NCBI GenBank assembly: GCA_963744455.1
Contig: CAVUTQ010000028.1
Coordinates: 66,216 to 130,215, forward strand
DNA from: an uncultured Actinomycetota bacterium
Lineage (GTDB): Bacteria > Actinomycetota > Actinomycetes > Propionibacteriales > Propionibacteriaceae
Reading direction: 5' to 3'
DNA length: 64,000 nt
Shown: in pieces, positions 49,559 through 60,845 of the stretch
Layout of the letters: each line of letters opens with the position of its first letter
Numbering within the stretch: the stretch's first letter is position 1
Program-made: the position numbers and the translations under genes
Notes under the pieces: generated by a model
The model's database searches: none
What the model was told of the DNA's origin: nothing
What the model saw: only the letters and a program-made list of their open reading frames with translations

Positions 49559-50988
49559 TTGCAGTGACGGTCGACGAGATCGCCACGGTGCTGGGTGCCC
49601 AGCTCGCTGGTACCGGCGACCCGACTGCGGTGGTGAGTGCTCTCACAGCCGACTCCCGGGCGGTCGCGGCTGGTGCTTTGTTTGTCGCGCTGCCGGGAGA
49701 GCATGCCGATGGCCATGATTACGTTGCCGCGGCCGCAGCCGCCGGCGCGGCCGCATCGCTTACCAGGCATCCGGTGCCGGGCTCACTGTGCCTCGTCGTG
49801 GTTGACCCGCTCGTCGCACTCGGCCGGCTCTCCCGATATCTGGTCGACAGGGCAAGCGCTGCGGGCCTTCAAGTCGTCGGCATTACCGGCTCGGTCGGCA
49901 AGACCTCGACGAAGGATCTGCTGGCGCAGGTGCTCGAGCGTGCCGGTCCGACCGTGGCGGCAGAAGGCAATCTCAACAACGAACTCGGTGTGCCACTCAC
50001 GGTCGGACGTATCGACGTGCAGACCAGGTTCCTCGTGGCCGAGATGGGTGCCCGAGGGATTGGCCACATCGCCTATCTCTGTGACATCGCACCACCACGG
50101 GTCGGGCTGGTGCTGAACGTCGGCCAGGCCCATGTCGGGGAGTTCGGCGGGCAGGCCGCAATCGCCCGAGCCAAAGGGGAGTTGGTGGAGGCCTTGCCAG
50201 CGGATGGTTGGGCCGTTCTGAATGCCGACGATCCGCTTGTCTGGTCGATGCGAAGGCGTACCCAGGCCCAGGTGCTGCCCTGGTCGACGATGCAGCCACT
50301 TGAGGACGGAATTTGGGCCTCCGGACTACTAGGTGATGGTCAAGGGCGGTACTCCTTCGCCCTCCATGACGGTCGAGACGGCCAATCTGAGTCTCAGGTG
50401 CAGCTCCTGCTGACGGGGCGGCATCAGGTGTCGAACGCGGTGGCGGCGGCTGCCGCGGCGGTTGCTGTCGGTGTTGAGCTGAGCCAGGTCGCGAGTGGGC
50501 TGACTACGGCAGCTTCTCGATCGCGCTGGCGGATGGAACTGCAGGATCGATCAGATGGCGTTACGGTGATCAACGATTCCTACAATGCCAACCCGGACTC
50601 GATGCGGGCAGCGCTGACCACACTGGCTGAGCTTGGCCGCACGGGCCGGCACACCTGGGCTGTGCTTGGAGACATGCTCGAGTTGGGCGAGACCGCGTCC
50701 GACGAGCACGCTGCGATCGGCCGGTTCGCGGCCCAGAGCGGGGTCGAGCACCTGGTGGCGATTGGTGAGTACGCGGTCCGGATGACGAATGCGGCTGTCG
50801 CCGCCGGCTTGCCTTCCGTGCGAGCAGTGCCCGTGACAGACAAGGCCGAGGCAGTTGCAGTCGTTACCAGTGATCTTGCGCCTGGTGACGTGGTCTTGGT
50901 CAAGGCCTCCCGGGGCTTAGCCTTGGACACCGTGGCCGACGAGATCCTTGCTGCCGTCGGACCACCGTCACACCGGGATGCCGTGTGA
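49555..50988 (+). CDS. murF: UDP-MurNAc-tripeptide--D-Ala-D-Ala ligase
   Basis: [41 protein letters not shown]. Confidence 0.96.
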   Translation: MIAVTVDEIATVLGAQLAGTGDPTAVVSALTADSRAVAAGALFVALPGEHADGHDYVAAAAAAGAAASLTRHPVPGSLCLVVVDPLVALGRLSRYLVDRASAAGLQVVGITGSVGKTSTKDLLAQVLERAGPTVAAEGNLNNELGVPLTVGRIDVQTRFLVAEMGARGIGHIAYLCDIAPPRVGLVLNVGQAHVGEFGGQAAIARAKGELVEALPADGWAVLNADDPLVWSMRRRTQAQVLPWSTMQPLEDGIWASGLLGDGQGRYSFALHDGRDGQSESQVQLLLTGRHQVSNAVAAAAAAVAVGVELSQVASGLTTAASRSRWRMELQDRSDGVTVINDSYNANPDSMRAALTTLAELGRTGRHTWAVLGDMLELGETASDEHAAIGRFAAQSGVEHLVAIGEYAVRMTNAAVAAGLPSVRAVPVTDKAEAVAVVTSDLAPGDVVLVKASRGLALDTVADEILAAVGPPSHRDAV

Positions 50989-52055
50989 AGACCATCGTCT
51001 TCGCCGGCGGCCTGGCGCTGCTGGGCACTCTGCTCGGCACCCGGCTCGCAATCCTGATCCTGGTCAAGAAGGGCTACGGGCAGCTGATCCGCGATGACGG
51101 CCCCACCTCACACCACGTAAAGCGGGGAACGCCCACGATGGGTGGCCTGGTCATCATTGCCGCCGTCGTGCTCGCGTACTTCGGCAGCCATTTGATCACC
51201 TTCAGTGCCCCTTCCGCGTCGGCGTTGCTCGTGCTGTTCCTCTTCACAGGCCTGGGTGTCGTAGGGTTTCTGGACGACTACATCAAGATCAGAAAACAGC
51301 GCTCGCTCGGTTTACGGAGTAAGGCGAAGATCGCCGGCCAATCGATCGTTGCCATCCTCTTCGCGGTCGCATCACTGCAATTCCCCGACGAGCGGGGAAT
51401 TACCCCGGCCTCACCTGCCATCTCGTTCCTGCGCGATATCGAATGGCTCCAATTACCACTGATCCTGGTGATCATCTGGGTGATGCTGCTGATCGCGGCC
51501 GCCAGCAATGGCGTCAACCTCACTGACGGGCTTGATGGCCTCGCCTCTGGTGCCTGCGTCATGATCTTTGGCGCCTACACGCTGGTCAACATCTGGCAGT
51601 ACAACCAGTCCTGCGCGTATACCGCGTCCGCCGGGCCAAAGTGCTATGAGGTACGGGACCCCTACGACCTGGCGGTGGTCGCGGTTGCGCTCGCTGGCGC
51701 CTGCTTTGGCTTCTTATGGTGGAACGCCGAACCCGCGAAGATCTTCATGGGCGACACAGGCTCACTGTCGCTTGGCGGCGCACTCGCAGCAATGGCAATC
51801 TTTACCCGAACCGAGCTGCTCCTGGTGATCTTGGGTGGGCTGCTGGTCATTGAGGTGATGTCAGTAATCCTCCAGGTCGGCTTCTTCAAGCTGACTCGTG
51901 GTCGGCGGCTGTTCAAGATGTCGCCCATTCACCATCACTTCGAACTCCTCAACTGGGCGCAAGTGACGATCGTGATGCGCTTCTGGATCATTGCCGGGTT
52001 GTTCGTTGGTGCTGGTCTGGGCATCTTTTACGCGGAGTGGGTGGCCGGCACATGA
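50985..52055 (+). CDS. mraY: Phospho-MurNAc-pentapeptide transferase
   Basis: [38 protein letters not shown]. Confidence 0.97.
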   Translation: MKTIVFAGGLALLGTLLGTRLAILILVKKGYGQLIRDDGPTSHHVKRGTPTMGGLVIIAAVVLAYFGSHLITFSAPSASALLVLFLFTGLGVVGFLDDYIKIRKQRSLGLRSKAKIAGQSIVAILFAVASLQFPDERGITPASPAISFLRDIEWLQLPLILVIIWVMLLIAAASNGVNLTDGLDGLASGACVMIFGAYTLVNIWQYNQSCAYTASAGPKCYEVRDPYDLAVVAVALAGACFGFLWWNAEPAKIFMGDTGSLSLGGALAAMAIFTRTELLLVILGGLLVIEVMSVILQVGFFKLTRGRRLFKMSPIHHHFELLNWAQVTIVMRFWIIAGLFVGAGLGIFYAEWVAGT

Positions 52056-53497
52056 GCCCGGCATGGCTGCCGCAGGCCGACAGCCGATCACCCTGGCCGC
52101 AGGCGCACGTGGTGGTAGCAGGCATCGGCGTTTCTGGCTTCGCGGCTGCCGATGGGCTGCTGCACTTTGGCGCCCGCGTCACGATTCTGGACGACCGGCT
52201 GGATGACCTCACATCCGACAGAGGCAAGCTGTTGGAAGTGCTCGGTGGTCTCGTCCAGCTCGGGCCGGGTTCCACCGCGACCCTTCCTGACGGTGCCGAC
52301 CTGGTTATCGCCACCGGCTGGTCGGCCCGGGCGCCGCTCCTCGTCCAGGCTGCCGCGCGTGGCGTGCCCATCTGGAGCGAGGTGGAGCTGGCCTGGCGGC
52401 TCAGCAGGCCCGACAAGATCGTGCCGTGGCTCGGGATCACTGGCACCAACGGCAAAACCACGACCACACAGATGCTCGAGTCGATCCTGGCGGCGGCCGG
52501 ACTGAGGACGGCCGCGGTAGGCAACATCGGGCGTCCCATCATGGAGATCGTGCTGGATCCGCAGCCGTACGACGTCCTCGCCGTCGAGCTCTCCAGTCAC
52601 CAGTTGCACTGGTCCCAGTCGCTGGCCCTGCACTCGGCTGCAGTCCTCAACGTGCAGCCCGACCACCTGGATTGGCACGGCTCGTACGACGCCTACCGTG
52701 ACGCCAAGGCCACGATCTACGCCGGCGTCCAAGCCAGCTGTGTCTACAACGTGGCCGACCCGATCACCGAGCAGATGGTCGAGCAGGCCGAAGTGGTCGA
52801 GGGCGCCCGAGCGATCGGTTTCACACTGGCAACCCCGGGACTGTCAATGCTCGGTGTCGTGGATGACCTCTTGGTCGATCGGGCCTTCATCGAGCAACGT
52901 CGGGACTCGGCGCTGGAGCTCGCAAAGGTAAGCGACGTCAGCCCTGCTGCACCGCACATTGTCGCCAACGCGCTGGCGGCTGCCGCCCTGGCGCGCTCGT
53001 ACGGAGTGCCTGCAGCGGCGGTCCGTGAAGGGTTGCAACGGGTCAAGGTCGGCCCCCACAAGATCCAGACCGTGCTGGAACTCAATGGGATCTCCTGGGT
53101 GGATGACTCCAAGGCCACCAACCCTCACGCCGCCGATGCCGCGCTGCGCGCCTTTGACTCCGTGGTATGGATCGCCGGAGGTCAGGCCAAGGGCACTACT
53201 TTCGACGAGCTGGTCGCTGCCCATCGGAGGAGGTTGCGTGGCGCCGTGCTGATCGGGATCGACCGCAAGATCATTGCCCAAGCCCTCGCTCGACACGCCC
53301 CCGAAGTCCCCACGCAAATCATCGAGGCGGTCGACACTAGAGCAATGGCACAAGCCGTTGCGGCGGCCGCTTCCCTGGCCAGACCTGGTGATGCTGTCCT
53401 GCTCGCGCCGGGGTGCGCCAGCAAGGACATGTTCACCGACTACGCCGCACGCGGGGATGCCTTCGCTGCCGTGGTGCGTGCGCTCGCAGAGGAGTAG
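52052..53497 (+). CDS. murD: UDP-MurNAc-L-Ala--D-Glu ligase
   Basis: [38 protein letters not shown]. Confidence 0.96.
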   Translation: MSPAWLPQADSRSPWPQAHVVVAGIGVSGFAAADGLLHFGARVTILDDRLDDLTSDRGKLLEVLGGLVQLGPGSTATLPDGADLVIATGWSARAPLLVQAAARGVPIWSEVELAWRLSRPDKIVPWLGITGTNGKTTTTQMLESILAAAGLRTAAVGNIGRPIMEIVLDPQPYDVLAVELSSHQLHWSQSLALHSAAVLNVQPDHLDWHGSYDAYRDAKATIYAGVQASCVYNVADPITEQMVEQAEVVEGARAIGFTLATPGLSMLGVVDDLLVDRAFIEQRRDSALELAKVSDVSPAAPHIVANALAAAALARSYGVPAAAVREGLQRVKVGPHKIQTVLELNGISWVDDSKATNPHAADAALRAFDSVVWIAGGQAKGTTFDELVAAHRRRLRGAVLIGIDRKIIAQALARHAPEVPTQIIEAVDTRAMAQAVAAAASLARPGDAVLLAPGCASKDMFTDYAARGDAFAAVVRALAEE

Positions 53498-53503
53498 ACG
53501 TCA

Positions 53504-54829
53504 GTGGCGACCCTGACCCCGCAGGGCCAGACCGCGCGCCCCGGCCACAGGGCAGGGTCGGTTCGCCACTCTCAGAACGCCCTGGCCCGGCGCCCAACCT
53601 CGACCATCGAGGTATTGCAGTGGCTCCGCTCCATGTTGGACCGGCCACTGACCAGCTATCACCTGGTGCTCGGCTCGGTAGCACTGCTGATCATCGTCGG
53701 TCTGATGATGGTGCTCTCGGCGTCCAGTGTGAATGCCTACCTCACAGTCGGTGACTCCTACTTCTATGTCAAGCGACAGCTGATCTTCCTGGGCGTAGGC
53801 CTGGTCGGCGCATTCGCGATCATGAAGATGCCGCCGTCGACACTGCGCCTGCTGAGCTGGTTCGGGGTCGCCCTTGCTGCCATTCTGTTGATCTTGACCT
53901 ACACACCGCTGGGCATTTCGGTGAACGGCAACCGCAACTGGCTCTACCTCGGCTCGTCGCTGTTCTCCATCCAGCCGGCGGAGTTCGCGAAGCTGGCCAT
54001 GATCGTTTGGGGAGCTGATGTGCTGGCACGCAAGTATCGCCTGCTCGACCAGCCGAAACACTTGTTGGTGCCCTTCCTGCCGGTGAGCGCCGTACTGATC
54101 TTGCTGGTGCTTTTCCAAGGCGACGCAGGAACGGCGGTGGTGATGGCGGTCATCGCTGCGGGCATGCTGTGGGTTGTGGGTGCTCCGCTGCGAGTGCTCC
54201 TGGCCTTGGCATCGGCGGGTGTGGCGGGTGTGGTCGCGATCTTTGTCACCTCGCCGGTGCGGATGCGTCGCCTTGCTGCCTTCCTAGACCCGACTCTTGA
54301 TCTCTCTGGTGTCAATCATCAAGCCAACGCTGGCATGTTCGCGATTGCCTCGGGCGGCTGGTGGGGAGTCGGTCTTGGCGCCAGCCGGCAGAAGTGGGGC
54401 AGCCTCCCGGAGGCGCACACCGACTTCATCTTCGCCGTGCTCGGCGAGGAGTTCGGCCTGTTCGGGAGTCTGGTCGTCCTCGCCATGATCGGCATCTTGG
54501 GTTACGCCGGCATCCGGATCGCGACACATGCCGACGATCTGTTCGTTCGTTATGCCACCGGTGGTATCACTGTCTGGTTCATGGTGCAGGCGCTGATCAA
54601 TCTGGCAGTTGTGCTGCGGCTGTTGCCGATCGCCGGCGTTCCGCTACCGCTGGTGTCCTATGGGGGATCGGCGCTGGTTGCCAATCTGCTGGCGGTCGGC
54701 GTCCTGCTGGCGTGCGCTCGCCGGGACCCCGAAGCCCGCAAGCTCCTGGCCAGGAAGGCTATGCGGCCCCAGCCCCGGATGACGACGGTGGTCGGCTCGC
54801 GGACCAGGCAGGGCAACAGCCGCTCATGA
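53504..54829 (+). CDS. ftsW: SEDS peptidoglycan polymerase FtsW
   Basis: QPAEFAKL, LPEAHTDFIFAVLGEEFG, GVPLPLVSYGGS. Confidence 0.96.
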   Translation: MATLTPQGQTARPGHRAGSVRHSQNALARRPTSTIEVLQWLRSMLDRPLTSYHLVLGSVALLIIVGLMMVLSASSVNAYLTVGDSYFYVKRQLIFLGVGLVGAFAIMKMPPSTLRLLSWFGVALAAILLILTYTPLGISVNGNRNWLYLGSSLFSIQPAEFAKLAMIVWGADVLARKYRLLDQPKHLLVPFLPVSAVLILLVLFQGDAGTAVVMAVIAAGMLWVVGAPLRVLLALASAGVAGVVAIFVTSPVRMRRLAAFLDPTLDLSGVNHQANAGMFAIASGGWWGVGLGASRQKWGSLPEAHTDFIFAVLGEEFGLFGSLVVLAMIGILGYAGIRIATHADDLFVRYATGGITVWFMVQALINLAVVLRLLPIAGVPLPLVSYGGSALVANLLAVGVLLACARRDPEARKLLARKAMRPQPRMTTVVGSRTRQGNSRS

Positions 54830-55938
54830 ACCAATCGGCCGCACATTCGGGCTCCGTCGTACTCGCCGGTGGCGGAACGGCCGGGCACACGTCGCCGCTG
54901 ATCGCCACCGGCCTCGAGCTACTCCGGCTGAGCCCTGGCCTGGCGCTGACGGCACTCGGCACCGCTCGCGGGCTGGAGACAACTGTCGTCCCGGCAGCCG
55001 GACTGGAACTCGAGCTGATCCCTCCGGTACCGATGCCGCGCCGAGTCGGAAAGGATCTGGTGCTTGTCGGACCGCGCCTTCTTCAGGCGGTGCAGGCGAC
55101 CGTACGACTGCTGCGGAGCACCCAGGCTGACGTCGTGCTCGGTTTTGGTGGATATGTCTCCACCCCGGCATACCTCGCCGCTCGACGGCTGGGGTTGCCC
55201 ATCGTGATCCATGAACAAAACGTGTTGCCTGGTCTTGCAAACAAGCTCGCGGCCCGACTGACCAGCCACGTCTACACCTCATTCCCGCAGACCCCGCTGC
55301 CACATGCGGACTGCATCGGCCTGCCGATGCGGCGGGCCATCACCGACCTGGACCGAGTCGCCCTGCAGCGCGAGGCACGCATCGGCTTCGGGTTGCACGC
55401 TGAGCTGCCCACACTGCTGGTCAGTGGAGGGTCACAAGGTGCCTTGCAGATCAACACCGCTGTGGCAGGCGCCTGGCCGGAGGTGCTGGCCCACGGGATC
55501 CAGGTACTGCACGTATTGGGGCCGAACAACCTCACTGCTGACATCGTGCGGAGCGTCGACGAGCAGACCCGGGCCGTCTACCAGCCGCTGGCGTACGTGG
55601 AGCGGATGGAGCGGGCGTACGGCGCGGCCGACTTGATGCTGGCTCGAAGTGGTGCCGGCACCGTGCTGGAGACCGCCGCCGTTGGGCTCCCGGCCGTGTT
55701 CGTGCCCTATCCGCATGGAAACGGCGAACAGGCCCGCAACGCAGAGCTGGTGGTCAACGCAGGTGGCGGCATCATGCTGGCCGACAGCAACTGCACATCC
55801 GCTTGGGTCGCAAAGGAGATTCCAGCTCTGTTCGCGCACCCAGACCGGCTGGCCGGAATGAGAAATGCGCTTGCCGGCGTTGCTCGCCTCGATGCGGCTA
55901 CCGTGTTGGCGTCGCGAGTTCTGGAGGTGATCCGCTGA
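54826..55938 (+). CDS. murG: Lipid II GlcNAc transferase
   Basis: AGGGTAGH, GFGGYVS, HEQN, GGSQGA, RSGAGT, EQARNA. Confidence 0.96.
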   Translation: MNQSAAHSGSVVLAGGGTAGHTSPLIATGLELLRLSPGLALTALGTARGLETTVVPAAGLELELIPPVPMPRRVGKDLVLVGPRLLQAVQATVRLLRSTQADVVLGFGGYVSTPAYLAARRLGLPIVIHEQNVLPGLANKLAARLTSHVYTSFPQTPLPHADCIGLPMRRAITDLDRVALQREARIGFGLHAELPTLLVSGGSQGALQINTAVAGAWPEVLAHGIQVLHVLGPNNLTADIVRSVDEQTRAVYQPLAYVERMERAYGAADLMLARSGAGTVLETAAVGLPAVFVPYPHGNGEQARNAELVVNAGGGIMLADSNCTSAWVAKEIPALFAHPDRLAGMRNALAGVARLDAATVLASRVLEVIR

Positions 55939-57377
55939 TGGGTCTGATCACTCCCGTCGAGTTGCCGAGTCTGGACCAGCTTGGAGGGGTGCACTTCATA
56001 GCCATTGGCGGCTCGGGTATGAACGGGATCGCCTCGATGATGCTGGCCCACGGCATCCGGGTCAGCGGCAGCGACCGTCAGGACTCGAAATACCTTCGCT
56101 CCCTGGAAGCGCAAGGCGCACGTGTCTACGTCGGGCATCGCGCCGAGCAGCTCGGTGATGCCACCACAGTGGTGGTGTCCTCGGCGATCCGGGAGGACAA
56201 CCCCGAGCTGGTGGCGGCGCGAGGGCGCGGCCTGCGGGTGCTGCATCGCAGTGCTGCGTTGGGTTCGCTGATGCTGGGCCGCCGTGGCATTGCAGTCGCG
56301 GGAACTCACGGCAAGACCACAACCACAGCGATGATCGCGCATGTGCTCGTCGGCTGCGGATTGGATCCATCCTTCGTGATTGGAGGTGCACTCACCGGCA
56401 CCGCGACCGGCGGGCATCTCGGTAGTGGCGACGCCATGGTCGTCGAGGCCGACGAGAGTGACGGCTCGTTCTTGCAGTACCCGTGCGAGGTGGCGGTGGT
56501 GACCAACATCGATCCTGATCACCTCAGCAACTGGGGGAGTGCAGACAACTACGCCGATGGGTTCCTGCGCTTCGCAACGGCCGATTCGGTGCGGCTACTG
56601 GTGACCAGTGCCGACGATCCAGGCGCTGTCGCGTTGACGAGGAGGGTACGGCAGCGGATCGCAGCCGGGTCGCCGGGGCCGGAGATCATGACCTTCGGCA
56701 CGTCGGATGAGGCCGACGTACAGATCAATGGCATTCGTCTCGCCGGCACCGGATCGACCTTTGAGCTCAGGTGGTCAGATCACGCTGGCCGAGTGGAGCT
56801 TGCGGTGCCCGGGCACTACAACGTGTTGAACGCCGCGGCGGCGTACGCGGTGGCCATCTGGCTGGGCGTCGACGAAGGGGACGTGCGGCGCCAGTTGACC
56901 ACCTACCAGGGCACGTACCGGCGGTTCCAGCTGATTGGTGCTCCCAACAACATCCGCGTCTACGACGACTACGCTCACCACCCCACCGAGGTGCTGAACA
57001 CGTTGATCGCTGCTCGCACCGGTGTCGGTACTGGACGCGTCGTGGTCTGCTTTCAACCTCACCTCTACACCCGCACCCGAGACTTCTGGCGCGAGCTCGG
57101 GCACGCCTTGGAGCAGGCCGATGAGGCGATCGTGATGGATGTCTGCGGCGACCGCGAGGATCCCATTCCCGGAATCGACGGGGCCATGGTGGCCAACGCG
57201 GTGGCTCCAGGCACCGCGCACGTCACTTACCAGCCGGTCTGGGACGAGGCGGCGCCAACTGTGGCGAGGATCGCTCGTCCCGGCGACCTGGTGATCACAG
57301 TCGGCTGTGGTGATGTCACGAAGGTCGCGCCCAAGATCGTGGACGAGATTCAGCGCCTCACTGAGGCGGTGCGGTGA
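55938..57377 (+). CDS. murC: UDP-MurNAc--L-alanine ligase
   Basis: HFIAIGGSGM, AGTHGKTTTT, EADESDGSF, DDYAHHPTE, FQPHLYTRT. Confidence 0.97.
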   Translation: MGLITPVELPSLDQLGGVHFIAIGGSGMNGIASMMLAHGIRVSGSDRQDSKYLRSLEAQGARVYVGHRAEQLGDATTVVVSSAIREDNPELVAARGRGLRVLHRSAALGSLMLGRRGIAVAGTHGKTTTTAMIAHVLVGCGLDPSFVIGGALTGTATGGHLGSGDAMVVEADESDGSFLQYPCEVAVVTNIDPDHLSNWGSADNYADGFLRFATADSVRLLVTSADDPGAVALTRRVRQRIAAGSPGPEIMTFGTSDEADVQINGIRLAGTGSTFELRWSDHAGRVELAVPGHYNVLNAAAAYAVAIWLGVDEGDVRRQLTTYQGTYRRFQLIGAPNNIRVYDDYAHHPTEVLNTLIAARTGVGTGRVVVCFQPHLYTRTRDFWRELGHALEQADEAIVMDVCGDREDPIPGIDGAMVANAVAPGTAHVTYQPVWDEAAPTVARIARPGDLVITVGCGDVTKVAPKIVDEIQRLTEAVR

Positions 57378-58123
57378 CCGCGACGGCTACGGTGCGCCGG
57401 AGTACCACGCGGACGTCGCCCTCGCCGCGCACCCGTCGAGCCCGGAAGCGCCGATCGAGACGCCGCAAGGCCCTGGCATTCATCGTGATCGTGCTGGTGC
57501 TGGCGCTCCTCGGCGGCAGTCTGTGGAGCGTGTACTTCTCCACGATGCTTGTCACGAAGCGGGTGAACGTGGTCGGCACTCATGACCTGACGCGCGCGCA
57601 GGTGAGCTTTGCGGCGCAGGTTCCCCTCGGGGTTCCGCTGGCTCGTCAGGATCTGGACGCGATCAGCAAGCGGACGACGACTCTGCCGGCAATCGCGACA
57701 GCCACCGTGACCCGCAACTGGCCGAGCACAATCACGGTTGCCGTCGTCGAGCGCCGGCCGGTACTCGCGGTGCAGCAGTCCGGGGGCTATGTCTTGGTCG
57801 ACAAGTCCGGTGTCGCATACCAGACGCGGCACGTGCTGCCGCCCGAGGTTCTGCTCGCTGTGGTCAATCCCGGAGATGTTCCGCTACTCAGCGAGATGGC
57901 CACCGTTGCGGCTGCCATGCCGAGCAAGCTGCGCGGAATGGTCGATCGAATGACGGCCGGCAACCGCGACAGCATCACGCTGGTCCTGGAGTCCGGACAC
58001 ACGGTGACCTGGGGGAACTCAACGGATTCGGTGCTGAAAGCCCAGGTCGTCACGGCGCTGCTCAAGCAGCAGCCGAAGTCCTCCATCGACGTGTCAAGCG
58101 CCCATAATCCAGCAATTCGATAG
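57374..58123 (+). CDS. ftsQ: Cell division protein FtsQ/DivIB
   Basis: Basic N-terminus, TM, POTRA-like region (RNWPSTITVAVVERRP), IDVS; between murC and ftsZ. Confidence 0.92.
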   Translation: MTATATVRRSTTRTSPSPRTRRARKRRSRRRKALAFIVIVLVLALLGGSLWSVYFSTMLVTKRVNVVGTHDLTRAQVSFAAQVPLGVPLARQDLDAISKRTTTLPAIATATVTRNWPSTITVAVVERRPVLAVQQSGGYVLVDKSGVAYQTRHVLPPEVLLAVVNPGDVPLLSEMATVAAAMPSKLRGMVDRMTAGNRDSITLVLESGHTVTWGNSTDSVLKAQVVTALLKQQPKSSIDVSSAHNPAIR

Positions 58124-58380
58124 GCGCGTTTAGGCTGCTCGCGTCGTTGACTCGCTGCGCTGCGCGCGTGAAGCCGCCTTGTTCGGTCGTCGCAGCAGAC
58201 GGCTGAACGTGGCTCGTTTCGGCGTCTGACACCCTCGCCAGCCATCGTGAGACGGGAAACGCAGATCGAGAGGCTGTGGCGATCGCAGAAACCGAGTGTC
58301 CGCTCGCTCCTCCTCCACGGTGACGTGCGAAACGCAACGCTCCCAGCTTCAAGGTCTACTTGACCTATAGCAATTCGATA
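58111..58380 (-). repeat. Expanded repeat-family copy F flanked by the 12-bp direct repeat agcaattcgata
   Basis: Direct repeats at 58111-58122 and 58369-58380; inside are gctgctcgcg, gtcgtcgcagcagacg, gtgtccgctcgctcctcctccacgg and cgctcccagc. Confidence 0.6.
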
Positions 58381-58540
58381 TTTTGCTGATCTTGGCGTGT
58401 CACCGCGCCATCGTCGAAGACCATCTCGTAGCCTCATTTCAGACCGCGCCGCTTCCCACCGTGGGCAACTTAACCGTTGACTTCAGGTCGAGACTTGGTG
58501 CGCCCACCCCGTCCGCAAACATGAAGGAAGAGGCGGAATC

Positions 58541-59734
58541 GTGGTTTCTGCATCACAGAACTATTTGGCGATCATCAAAGTCGTGGGCGTCGGCGGCGGC
58601 GGCGTCAACGCCGTCAATCGGATGATCGAAGCGGGGCTTCGCGGGGTCGAGTTCATCGCAGTGAACACTGACGCTCAGGCGTTGCTGATGAGCGATGCCG
58701 ACGTCAAATTGGACATCGGCCGGGATCTCACCCGCGGGCTAGGTGCCGGCGCCGATCCGGACAAGGGCCGCCAGGCGGCCGAGGATCACGCGCAAGATAT
58801 AGAGGACGCGCTCAAGGGCGCCGACATGGTGTTCGTGACTGCAGGCGAGGGCGGCGGTACCGGCACCGGCGGCGCGCCAGTGGTAGCCCGCATCGCCCGC
58901 GCACTCGGTGCTCTCACCATCGGGGTGGTCACCCGACCGTTCTCCTTCGAGGGCAAGCGTCGCGCCGCGCAGGCCGAGCAGGGGATCGCCAACCTCCGCG
59001 AGGAGGTCGATACCTTGATCGTGATCCCCAACGACAAGCTGCTCCAAATGATCGATCACCAGATCGCGATCCTGGATGCGTTCAAGCAGGCCGACCAGGT
59101 GCTGATGCAAGGCGTCTCAGGTATCACCGACTTGATCACCACTCCCGGCCTGATCAATCTCGACTTCGCCGACGTGAAGTCCATCATGTCGAACGCCGGC
59201 TCAGCGCTGATGGGCATCGGGTCGGCCCGGGGCGAGGACCGCGCCCGTGCGGCCGCGGAGACAGCCGTGTCGTCGCCATTGCTCGAGGCCAGCATCGAGG
59301 GCGCCCACGGCGTCCTCCTCTCCATCGCCGGTGGCTCGGATCTCGGCTTGTTCGAGGTCTCGGCTGCCGCCAACCTGATCCAGGGGTCGGCGCACGAGGA
59401 GGCGAACATCATCTTCGGGACCGTCATCGATGACGCGCTCGGCGACGAGGTTCGGGTCACCGTGATTGCTGCAGGTTTTGAGGGAGGTCAGCCGCCGCGC
59501 CGCCAGCCAGGAATCAGCCGAGCTGCCGACCTGCGTAACCACCAGGCGCGATCGACTCCGACGCCTCCCGAGCCGACGCCAGTGATGGTGGCAGCGAACA
59601 ACTCGCTGAACCATGGGACGACGCCAACTGAGAGCCATCCGCCGGCTCCGGCACCACGTGCCCCGACGCCGGTGACGGTGCCGAGGGGTCGGGTATTCGA
59701 CGATGAGCTCGACATCCCTGACTTCCTCAAGTGA
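58541..59734 (+). CDS. ftsZ: Cell division protein FtsZ
   Basis: [27 protein letters not shown]-terminal [10 protein letters not shown]. Confidence 0.99.
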   Translation: MVSASQNYLAIIKVVGVGGGGVNAVNRMIEAGLRGVEFIAVNTDAQALLMSDADVKLDIGRDLTRGLGAGADPDKGRQAAEDHAQDIEDALKGADMVFVTAGEGGGTGTGGAPVVARIARALGALTIGVVTRPFSFEGKRRAAQAEQGIANLREEVDTLIVIPNDKLLQMIDHQIAILDAFKQADQVLMQGVSGITDLITTPGLINLDFADVKSIMSNAGSALMGIGSARGEDRARAAAETAVSSPLLEASIEGAHGVLLSIAGGSDLGLFEVSAAANLIQGSAHEEANIIFGTVIDDALGDEVRVTVIAAGFEGGQPPRRQPGISRAADLRNHQARSTPTPPEPTPVMVAANNSLNHGTTPTESHPPAPAPRAPTPVTVPRGRVFDDELDIPDFLK

Positions 59735-59836
59735 CGCGTGTCGGGCCCGATCATCAAGATGCCGGGACGGTAATCTCGGCAACAAATAGACGCGCTCACT
59801 GCGGAGCAGGTGTGTCACAGATTCGAGGCGGATGAG

Positions 59837-60346
59837 ATGGCGGAACGACTGAAGCGCGCAGCAGCCTGGCTGGGCCTGGTCACCGACGATCGGTACGCGG
59901 ACTATGACGACGCCGCCGACCTCGAGGACGTGACCGAAGATGACAGCACGGACGAGCCGCTCAGCACATCAGACAGGCCCGCAACGGTGACTCCTCTCGA
60001 AAGCCGGCGTACGGCCACCGTGGCAGTGGCCGCCAGCACGACTCTCGCTTCTCACCCACGGACGGACGATGTGTCCCGGATCATCACTGTTCATCCCCGT
60101 ACGTATAACGAGGCTCGCATGGTTGGTGAGCACTTCCGCGACGGCGTGCCGGTCATCATGAACCTGACCGACATGGAGGATGTCGACGCCAAGCGGCTCG
60201 TCGACTTCGCCGCTGGTCTCATCTTTGGTCTGCGTGGCAGTATCGAACGCGTCACCAGCAAGGTGTTCCTGCTCTCGCCGCACGACGTCACCGTGGCGGC
60301 GGAGGACAAGGAGCGGATTGCGGGCGGGTTCTTCAACCAGAGCTAG
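59837..60346 (+). CDS. sepF: Cell division protein SepF
   Basis: [39 protein letters not shown]. Confidence 0.95.
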   Translation: MAERLKRAAAWLGLVTDDRYADYDDAADLEDVTEDDSTDEPLSTSDRPATVTPLESRRTATVAVAASTTLASHPRTDDVSRIITVHPRTYNEARMVGEHFRDGVPVIMNLTDMEDVDAKRLVDFAAGLIFGLRGSIERVTSKVFLLSPHDVTVAAEDKERIAGGFFNQS

Positions 60347-60428
60347 CTGAGGACTCCTGCCCGACTAGTCTGTGTGCCTAGGCTGGTGTCACGCGTAATA
60401 GACCGAAGCAAACAGACAGGCCTCAACC

Positions 60429-60719
60429 GTGGTTGTCGTGGGACTCATCATTAACTGGATCCTGTGGATCTTCCTACTGATCCTCTTCGCGCGGATGATC
60501 TTGTCCTGGGTCCCGGTGCTCGTCCGTGACTGGGAGCCAAGGGGACCGATGCTGGTCGTCGCTGAGATCATCTACTCCATTACCGACCCGCCGCTCCGGC
60601 TGCTCCGCAAGGTGCTCAAGCCGGTCAGGGTCGGCAACATGATGCTCGATTTGGCCTTCATCGGCCTCGCGATCCTGGTCAGCATCTTGATGCAGATCAA
60701 CCGCAGTGTGTTCTTCTGA
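60429..60719 (+). CDS. yggT: YggT family membrane protein
   Basis: RMILSWV...YSITDPPLRLLRK....LDLAF. Confidence 0.92.
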   Translation: MVVVGLIINWILWIFLLILFARMILSWVPVLVRDWEPRGPMLVVAEIIYSITDPPLRLLRKVLKPVRVGNMMLDLAFIGLAILVSILMQINRSVFF

Positions 60720-60845
60720 ATTTGTCCGGAATCCGGCTCTAGCGACTTCATTGGCTCGGCTGTGCACCCAGACCAAATTGGGTACGGTAGGCCCGGTGAG
60801 GCGCCGGCCCCACCCGAAAGTCCCACCTAGATACCGAGGTGCACG

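Noticed and set aside
58220-58405. GACAC/GTGTC pentamers upstream of ftsZ as WhiA sites
   Set aside because: A 5-bp motif is expected by chance, and two of the three lie within the repeat element.
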